IMG/VR virus record: IMGVR_UViG_3300042564_002580
Location: 53,028-117,027 of that record
Source: a virus
Length of the DNA: 64,000 nucleotides
Reading direction: 5' to 3' (one strand)
This document shows, in pieces, positions 57,863-64,000 of the stretch; position 1 is the first letter of the stretch, and every line of letters starts with the position of its first letter. The notes under the pieces are model-generated. The model had not been told where the DNA came from. It did not search any database and saw nothing but the letters and a program-made list of their open reading frames with translations. The translations under genes and the position numbers were made by a program.

Positions 57863-57916
57863 AGGTCGCCAAACGGGGCCTAAATTAAACTATTCGCTTG
57901 AAAGGGGAATAAAATG
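57863..57916 (+). promoter_or_regulatory. ROSE-like RNA thermometer in hsp20 5' UTR
   Basis: Two hairpins; the second, TATTCGCTT-GAA-AGGGGAATA, pairs a UCGCU motif against the SD; TGATATAAT promoter upstream. Confidence 0.6.
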
Positions 57917-58330
57917 GTAACACAATTTGCTATGGATCTATTTAAGGATCCATTTTTTATTGGCTTCAACAGAGAGTTGGAGCGTTTCAATAGTCTTAGT
58001 AAGGTAAACAATACGGCATTCCCGCCATATGATTTGCTAAAGCTAGACGAAGATAACTATCAGTTAACTCTGGCAGTTGCTGGATTCACAAGAGAAGATC
58101 TGACTGTGTCAATTGAAGACGGAAGTCTTTGGATCACAGGTGAAATTACAGAGGTAACAGATGCAGAAATTGTCCACAAGGGAATCGCTGCACGTAAGTT
58201 CACAAGAATCTTTGAACTAAGTGAATACATGGAAGTTTCTAGTGTAGAGCTAAAGGATGGCATGTTGCATATCCGTGTAGTTAGAAATCTACCAAAAGAA
58301 AAACAACCAAAAATTCTAAAAATTAAATAA
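57914..58330 (+). CDS. Small heat shock protein (Hsp20/IbpA-like)
   Basis: FPPYDL, LAVAGF, HKGIAARKFTRIF, LKDGMLHI, PKILKI. Confidence 0.95.
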   Translation: MVTQFAMDLFKDPFFIGFNRELERFNSLSKVNNTAFPPYDLLKLDEDNYQLTLAVAGFTREDLTVSIEDGSLWITGEITEVTDAEIVHKGIAARKFTRIFELSEYMEVSSVELKDGMLHIRVVRNLPKEKQPKILKIK

Positions 58331-58336
58331 CCGTGA

Positions 58337-58362
58337 GACCTGGGTATGTCCAAAAACTGCCC
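58337..58362 (+). ncRNA. Candidate small pseudoknot RNA motif, copy 2
   Basis: GAC-CTGGGTAT-GTC-CAAAAAC-TGCCC; same spacing as copy 1. Confidence 0.6.
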
Positions 58363-58381
58363 TTCTAACAGAAAGATTAAA

Positions 58382-59143
58382 ATGATTATACAAATTATTG
58401 GATTACCAGGCTCTGGGAAAACAGAACTTGCAAAAGCCTTGAAAGAGCGCATTAATGCTATTCACCTTAATGCTGACGAAGTTCGTGCAACAGTAAATTC
58501 TGATTTAGGGTTTAGTCTAGACGACAGGCTTGAGCAGGCTCGACGCATGGGAGAGATGGCAAGGTTAATATCTAAACAAGGTGTTGCTCCAGTAGTTGTT
58601 GACTTCGTATGCCCAACGGAACTAACACGATCAGCTTTTGGTAAGCCAGACGTACTTGTATTTATGGATACTCTTGCAGAAGGCCGTTTTGAAGACACCA
58701 ATAAAATGTTTGAACGACCAACAGAGTTTGATGTATCATTTATTAGCCATAACCTAGATGCAGAAGCAAAGGCGTCTCACATAATTAATAAGTTTAATCT
58801 ACATGATTGGTCTGCACCTACAACACTTATGCTGGGTAGGTACCAGCCTTGGCACGAAGGCCACCACGCCCTTTACAAGGAGGCGGGTAAGAGAACAGAT
58901 CAAGTACTACTTGGAGTACGTAATACATATAATACAAGTGAAAAAGATCCACTTAAGTTTGATCAGGTAAAGGAATATATTGCCAAAGATGAATTTATGG
59001 ATGGGGCATTAGTATTAAGACTACCTAACATTACCAATATTGTATATGGTCGTGATGTAGGATATAAAATTGAGCAAGTAGATTTGGGGGCAACTATACA
59101 TGCTATTTCAGCTACTGAAAAACGTCGTGAATTGGGCATCTAG
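58382..59143 (+). CDS. Adenylylsulfate-kinase-like P-loop domain fused to HIGH-family nucleotidyltransferase
   Basis: GLPGSGKT, NADEVR, DLGFS..DR..QARR (CysC-like); GRYQPWHEGH; probable start ATG 58382. Confidence 0.8.
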   Translation: MIIQIIGLPGSGKTELAKALKERINAIHLNADEVRATVNSDLGFSLDDRLEQARRMGEMARLISKQGVAPVVVDFVCPTELTRSAFGKPDVLVFMDTLAEGRFEDTNKMFERPTEFDVSFISHNLDAEAKASHIINKFNLHDWSAPTTLMLGRYQPWHEGHHALYKEAGKRTDQVLLGVRNTYNTSEKDPLKFDQVKEYIAKDEFMDGALVLRLPNITNIVYGRDVGYKIEQVDLGATIHAISATEKRRELGI

Positions 59144-59222
59144 TATCGGTAAAGGTATTGCAGATGCAGAAGAAAGAATGATAGAAGAGATGTATAGGAA
59201 AAAAGAAGATGAAAGTAACTAA
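59127..59222 (+). CDS. Possible 31-aa microprotein
   Basis: GTG-start ORF MNWASSIGKGIADAEERMIEEMYRKKEDESN fills the gap and overlaps both neighbours; no clear RBS. Confidence 0.35.
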   Translation: MNWASSIGKGIADAEERMIEEMYRKKEDESN

Positions 59223-59412
59223 AGCCAGATCATTTGTTAAAGCATTAAGCTATCGCATATGGGGAACACTTTCTTCTGTAGCAGTTGCTTATGCTATTAC
59301 AAAAAATGCTTCTCTATCTGTTACAATTGCATTTTGGGAAACGGTAGTTAAGGTATTTATTTACTACGCACATGAGCGTGGATGGAACTATATACAATGG
59401 GGGAGAAAATAA
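59209..59412 (+). CDS. DUF2061-like small membrane protein
   Basis: RSFVKALSYRIWGT...YYAHERGW..IQWG. Confidence 0.8.
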   Translation: MKVTKARSFVKALSYRIWGTLSSVAVAYAITKNASLSVTIAFWETVVKVFIYYAHERGWNYIQWGRK

Positions 59413-59819
59413 TGTTTGAATATTATGTAAAGAAAGTAAGCAAGGTTGTAGACGGAGATACTATTGATGTAGATATTGATCTTGGGTTTGATATATCATT
59501 TACTTCAAGAGTCAGGTTAGCTGGGATAGATACTCCAGAAAGTCGTACAACAGATAAAATGGAAAAAGCATTAGGTCTTGAAGCCAAAGCTTACCTTAAG
59601 AGTGCAATTGACTCAGCTAAATCTGTTGTTATCAAAACAGAAAAGATGGACTCATCTGAAAAGTATGGTCGCATTTTAGGATGGGTTTTCTTGGACGGAT
59701 CAGATAAATCTATTAATCAAAAGATGATTGAGGACGGACATGCTTGGGGCTATATGGGAGAAACAAAGATTAAAGACTTTGACGCATTAGCAAAAGCTAG
59801 GAAGAAAAGCGGTAAGTAA
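59412..59819 (+). CDS. Thermonuclease (SNase-like)
   Basis: VVDGDTID, RVRLAGIDTPE, KYGRILG; probable start ATG 59412. Confidence 0.9.
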   Translation: MFEYYVKKVSKVVDGDTIDVDIDLGFDISFTSRVRLAGIDTPESRTTDKMEKALGLEAKAYLKSAIDSAKSVVIKTEKMDSSEKYGRILGWVFLDGSDKSINQKMIEDGHAWGYMGETKIKDFDALAKARKKSGK

Positions 59820-60421
59820 TGACTTCTGTATTAGATCAAATTAAGTCTGCTAAAAAAAATAATACATTTCTGCATATAAAAAATTTTAATAGCGATGTGC
59901 CGTCATGGGATAATTTTATTAATAACCTAAACTATAAGTATAATAACAACTACGAAAATAAAAAAAATGAGGATAGAAGATTTTTTACAAATAATGATGT
60001 CAAGACTGAAATTTTTTCTCAGTATGACAAACTAGATGCATTTGCACACTACTCTTATGTATTTAAAAACAATGAGAGTTTTTTTAAAGAAAACTACCTA
60101 CCTGGCTGTGAAGACATAGCAAAAATGCTATATGAATCATTAGAAGAAGATAAGCAATTTATACATGCAACTGCAATAACAAATTTTATTAAGCATGATA
60201 AGGAGTATGAAATTCATTTTGATGGAACTGAGGTAATTAATTGGCATTGTATTGGGAAAATAGAATGGAAAGTCTATGACGAAAATGATAATTGTTCTGT
60301 TTTGCAAATAGATCCAGGCGATTTAGTTTTTATTCCTGCTAAAATGAAGCATCAGGTTATAATATATGAGCCTAGAGCTTCAATAATATTTGATTTCTTT
60401 TTAAAAGAAGATGCAGCATAA
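59819..60421 (+). CDS. JmjC/cupin-fold 2OG oxygenase-like protein
   Basis: HFD, GKIEWKVY, PGDLVFIP..MKHQV, PRAS. Confidence 0.75.
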   Translation: MTSVLDQIKSAKKNNTFLHIKNFNSDVPSWDNFINNLNYKYNNNYENKKNEDRRFFTNNDVKTEIFSQYDKLDAFAHYSYVFKNNESFFKENYLPGCEDIAKMLYESLEEDKQFIHATAITNFIKHDKEYEIHFDGTEVINWHCIGKIEWKVYDENDNCSVLQIDPGDLVFIPAKMKHQVIIYEPRASIIFDFFLKEDAA

Positions 60422-60426
60422 TCTTT

Positions 60427-61329
60427 ATGAAAAATAAATACAGTCATATAGAAAAAGATTTGTCTCCTGATAATTTTATTTCAAAAAATGTTAGAAAAGG
60501 AATTAAATTTTATAAAAAAGATGGATATTTTTACAGCGATATTTTATTTTTTTATGAAACTTCATTAACCAGCGGTGAGGCATTTGAATATCAAATAAAC
60601 TCTCAGGGGTTTAGGGGAAAAGACTTTAGCGAATTTAATGACAATAACATCAATATATTATTTGGTGGATGCTCACAAACACTTGGAGTTGGACTGCCAG
60701 AAAAAAATACATGGTATTCAAAGCTATCTAATAAAATAAAATTATTGCATGAAGGCAGAGACGTTGATTTTTATAATGTTGGTGTAAATGGAGGAGGCAT
60801 TGATCTTACTATAAAAAATGTTATTGCTTTTATAAGAAGTGGCAAAATCCCAGATTATTTATTTTTATTCCTACCAGAATCTTCTAGAACTATTTGTTTT
60901 GAAGAAAAAACAAAAAAATTTCAACCCTACTTGTTAACTAATCCTCGTGATGAAGATAAAGATTACTATTCTAATAAATATATACACGAGAATAAACTAC
61001 TTACAAATTTTATGTTATTGTCAATGCTAGAAGAAATATGTAAATTCTCAGGTATAAAGTTATTGTGGACAACATGGTGGCTTGATGACAATAGCCTATA
61101 TTCTAACTCATCATTTAATAATTTCTTTGCTATGAGCAAAGAATTGCCTTATCATGTTGTTCTTGAAAAAGAAGGTAATGAGTTTAATGTTGCATACTTT
61201 AATGAAGAGTTTGAAAATAATGACAATGAATCATATTGGCATGTTGCAAGGGATGGAAGTCACTATGGTTCGGCTGCAAGCAACTTTATTGCTGAAAGTT
61301 TTATGAAAGAATTAAATAGGGTTAAGTAA
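60427..61329 (+). CDS. SGNH/GDSL-like hydrolase-fold protein (paralog of 55431)
   Basis: YQINSQGFRG, GGCSQTLG, YNVGVNG, ARDGSHYG. Confidence 0.72.
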   Translation: MKNKYSHIEKDLSPDNFISKNVRKGIKFYKKDGYFYSDILFFYETSLTSGEAFEYQINSQGFRGKDFSEFNDNNINILFGGCSQTLGVGLPEKNTWYSKLSNKIKLLHEGRDVDFYNVGVNGGGIDLTIKNVIAFIRSGKIPDYLFLFLPESSRTICFEEKTKKFQPYLLTNPRDEDKDYYSNKYIHENKLLTNFMLLSMLEEICKFSGIKLLWTTWWLDDNSLYSNSSFNNFFAMSKELPYHVVLEKEGNEFNVAYFNEEFENNDNESYWHVARDGSHYGSAASNFIAESFMKELNRVK

Positions 61330-61517
61330 TGCCAGTATACGAATATAAATGCTCATACGACGAAGCCCATCCATTAATGTCAGTACATAGATCAATTGTA
61401 GATAGTGATCCTGGATACACCTGTGTTGAATGCGAATCTAATATGATTAGACATTTTACACCATTTGGAATACAATTTAAGGGTAGTGGATTTTACAAGA
61501 CAGATAACGGGGGATAG
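61329..61517 (+). CDS. FmdB-family zinc-ribbon protein
   Basis: MPVYEYKC...CVEC...FKGSGFYKTD. Confidence 0.88.
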   Translation: MPVYEYKCSYDEAHPLMSVHRSIVDSDPGYTCVECESNMIRHFTPFGIQFKGSGFYKTDNGG

Positions 61518-61518
61518 A

Positions 61519-62169
61519 ATGCAAAGAGATACTATAGAAGAGTTTATGAAATTAATAAAAAAATCTATAGAGTTAAATAAACCACTTTTTATAAAATCTT
61601 ACATGGATTATAGTTTTACATGGGAACACATAATAGATGCAATTGATATTTCTTACAACACCAAGATCCCTTTGCCAAAAGACGTCGTAGTGGATGACCC
61701 AGATCATCTGATTGATCTTCAAATGGCACAGCCAAATAAACTTAAAACATCTTTTGATAAGCCTGTTACATTTCACGCTTTAGACCTTTTGTCAGCAAAC
61801 AATAAATTTGATTCAAAAGAGTATGATGAGGTTAAAGAAATGAAAGAAATTCTTCAAAAAACAGATATCGGGCGATACGTTTATGACAAGTTTGCAATAA
61901 ATATGGCAAAAAATGGATATTACGTGCTGCCACACAGAGACTCGCATCACGTTTTGTTGACTCAGGTAATTGGCAAATCAAAATATGTAATACATGAATC
62001 ATTAGAGTCTGATCCGTATAGCGAGCTTATTGATGTGTCTGAAAGAAAATTTACAGAGTATGATATGGAAAAAAATGATATTCTTTTTATGCCCAAAGGA
62101 ACAATCCATTCAATAGAAAATTCAAGCCCACGTGTTAGCTGTATATTTGATATAAAAGATACTGTTTAA
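61519..62169 (+). CDS. JmjC/cupin-fold 2OG oxygenase-like protein
   Basis: PHRD, QVIGKS, DILFMPKGTIHSI, PRVS; probable start ATG 61519. Confidence 0.75.
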   Translation: MQRDTIEEFMKLIKKSIELNKPLFIKSYMDYSFTWEHIIDAIDISYNTKIPLPKDVVVDDPDHLIDLQMAQPNKLKTSFDKPVTFHALDLLSANNKFDSKEYDEVKEMKEILQKTDIGRYVYDKFAINMAKNGYYVLPHRDSHHVLLTQVIGKSKYVIHESLESDPYSELIDVSERKFTEYDMEKNDILFMPKGTIHSIENSSPRVSCIFDIKDTV

Positions 62170-62241
62170 CATAGTACTGCTATATAATCCTAAGTAGGGT
62201 ATAATTAACTAAGTAAAAAATAGTTTGTCAGGGAGCATTTT

Positions 62242-62979
62242 ATGGTAACACCACTTTTCTCCACCTACCCAGAAAAAAGTACATCAGGAACTTGGGATGC
62301 TAAGTTTGCATTTCACAGTGGAATAGATGTTTCAGTTCAAAATTCTGGATATGAAGCAAACAAGATAGGTTATTATCACTGTGTTGGGGATTTAGTTCAT
62401 TGGGAGTTTAGAATGTTAATGGGCAATCCAGTATCTTGGGGATCTGCAGGAACTTGGGCTTTTGAATTGCCATTTCCACCATATTTTGCAAATGATTCCG
62501 TCACAGGAAGTCCAATTAAAAATGCTTATAATAGAACCATTGCTCATGGATGGTTTAGAGTTCTAGCAGATGTAGATCCAACTCCAGAGTACGGCCTTCT
62601 GACGGCAGAAAATACTTGGCAAGATGATGAATCGCATTTTCTAAATGCAAATGCAATATTAAGAACTTACGCAAGAACAGAAACTGGAAACTATATTAAT
62701 AGTGTTCCTGGATATCCATATCCAGCAACATGGCCTACCAGCGCTGATTTGGTTGGAATGGCATTCCTTACTGCACTAAATCAACAGCCAGAAACACCAG
62801 AAAACACAAAAACAATAGGATATAAAAGTATAAATTCAACTTGGCCAGCAAATCTTGTTCAGGCTTTGGCTGACAACACTGACGAAATTCCTGCAAATAA
62901 CGCAAGTGAATTGACACCACAAGGAAGAAACGAAAACGTAATACAGTTTAACTTTTCTGGCGTATATAGAAAAGCATAA
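62242..62979 (+). CDS. Hypothetical protein (beta-rich, fibre-tip-like)
   Basis: GGGAG RBS, GGGTATAAT upstream; GYY..VGDLVH...FELPFP...FSGVY pattern. Confidence 0.6.
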   Translation: MVTPLFSTYPEKSTSGTWDAKFAFHSGIDVSVQNSGYEANKIGYYHCVGDLVHWEFRMLMGNPVSWGSAGTWAFELPFPPYFANDSVTGSPIKNAYNRTIAHGWFRVLADVDPTPEYGLLTAENTWQDDESHFLNANAILRTYARTETGNYINSVPGYPYPATWPTSADLVGMAFLTALNQQPETPENTKTIGYKSINSTWPANLVQALADNTDEIPANNASELTPQGRNENVIQFNFSGVYRKA

Positions 62980-63042
62980 TATAGTGAGATAATAATGCGG
63001 TATAATTGCTAAGTAACAATATATGTTATGTAGGAGTTATCA

Positions 63043-64000
63043 TTGAAGAGAGAAAAGTTATTTAGAATAACAGCGTCCATAATGCTTGCATTTGGATGGC
63101 TTTTTATGTCCCCCGCTTATTCTGATGACCCACTAAGCTTGGCAGCTCAAGAAATTCAAGAGCTAAATAACAGCATAGATGACCTTGGATACAAGGATGA
63201 ATTCATATCCTTAATTGAACAGGCAGAAGATAAGTACGCCCTTGCGGTATCTGCACAATCAACTCAGTCTCAAACCTCTGACCTATATGATGATTCTCTT
63301 GACGCAGAATCCACGGCACTTGAAGAAAAAGACTTAGCCCAATCAGCAGTAGACGGACAAACAGTAACAGTAGCCACTGCTTTAGACAATAAGAATGATG
63401 CCTACGATGCCCTTGGAGTAGCAAACATCAATCTGTCAAACGCTCAGCAAGCATTAGACAGTGCTGGTTCTGCTGGTCTGGCATATGATGTTTATAGTTT
63501 AATTAGGGTTGATGGCCTTGCAGCCACAGATGAATTCTTATGTAGTGGAACACTAAATGGAAACTATATGACTCGCCCAGTTTGTGGTAATAGATATGAA
63601 AACTTTATAGTTAAATTTACTGGAAAAATAACAGTACCATCATGGTTTACACAAACATATTTTGCAGGTTATACAGATGATGGTTTTAGAATGTATGTCG
63701 ATGGTCAACTTGCTGTTGATAACTGGGTGGAGCAAGGAACAATTTGGAGTGATTACTCTCCCGTATATGATGTTAGTGAAGACAAAACTTTAGATGTAGA
63801 AATATGGTGGTACAACGGAGGAGGCCCTGGATCCTACCTTCTTGGCTGGGGAATCCCTGGAGGGTGGACTAGTGCAGGTTGTGACTATGCTGGCAACCCA
63901 AGAGTATGGGGACAAGACTTTAGTTGCAATCTTAATACATTTTCTCATGGATCTGGAGCAACCCAAGAACAAACAAACGCCTACAACAACGCACTTGCTG
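63043..64000 (+). CDS. Secreted/membrane protein with signal peptide, coiled coil and PA14 domain; 3'-truncated (not in ORF track)
   Basis: AGGAG + TTG start; MKREKLFRITASIMLAFGWLFMSPAYS|DD; FIVKFTGKI, TDDGFRMYVDG..VDNWVEQ, WYNGGGPG; frame open to window end. Confidence 0.8.
   Translation, partial: MKREKLFRITASIMLAFGWLFMSPAYSDDPLSLAAQEIQELNNSIDDLGYKDEFISLIEQAEDKYALAVSAQSTQSQTSDLYDDSLDAESTALEEKDLAQSAVDGQTVTVATALDNKNDAYDALGVANINLSNAQQALDSAGSAGLAYDVYSLIRVDGLAATDEFLCSGTLNGNYMTRPVCGNRYENFIVKFTGKITVPSWFTQTYFAGYTDDGFRMYVDGQLAVDNWVEQGTIWSDYSPVYDVSEDKTLDVEIWWYNGGGPGSYLLGWGIPGGWTSAGCDYAGNPRVWGQDFSCNLNTFSHGSGATQEQTNAYNNALA

Noticed and set aside
58346-58381. Extended N-terminus MSKNCPSNRKIK of the APS-kinase-like ORF
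   Set aside because: That ATG lies inside the pseudoknot motif; the P-loop domain begins naturally at ATG 58382
179-63972. The many minus-strand and alternate-frame ORFs of 60-160 aa in the track
   Set aside because: All overlap well-supported + strand genes, lack recognisable motifs and are expected shadows of coding sequence
1-64000. Alternative genetic code or stop-codon reassignment
   Set aside because: Genes are full length under the standard code, TAA/TAG/TGA all end genes at sensible overlaps, and no suppressor tRNA is present
1-64000. Prophage integration or lysis module
   Set aside because: No integrase, att-like repeat, endolysin or holin is recognisable in this window; they may lie outside it

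Overview
The window is a 64-kb internal segment of a large, AT-rich tailed dsDNA phage. All credible genes lie on the + strand and are tightly overlapped. The long tape measure and the absence of a sheath gene point to siphovirus-like morphology. Order: 2OG-Fe(II) oxygenases, LamG protein, portal, protease/scaffold, major capsid, neck, tail tube, frameshifted tail chaperone, 2857-aa tape measure, tail tip and fibres, a replication/recombination block (metallophosphoesterase, DnaB, primase, two SSB types, DnaE, RecA, Cas4-like nuclease, RuvC), terminase, then an accessory block (4 tRNAs, carbamoyltransferase, SGNH proteins, AhpC/AhpD, Hsp20, APS-kinase fusion, SNase, JmjC/cupins, secreted PA14 protein). 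The AhpC 'ELCACN' C-terminus, AhpD, the SSB style and the gene layout suggest an actinobacterial host, possibly a low-GC freshwater lineage (inference). Most notable observations: (1) a tail-associated protein built from FN3, seven disulfide-rich thrombospondin-like repeats, (TIN)21, GGGGG and a splice-incompetent C-terminal Hint domain, translationally coupled to a 2OG oxygenase; (2) a tape measure carrying a HipA/PI4-kinase-like cargo domain between recurring [FYL]xxGG motifs; (3) a 26-nt covarying pseudoknot motif present twice, each time 6 nt after a stop codon; (4) nine 2OG/JmjC oxygenases; (5) a ROSE-like thermometer on hsp20. All calls come from reading motifs by eye; no searches were run.
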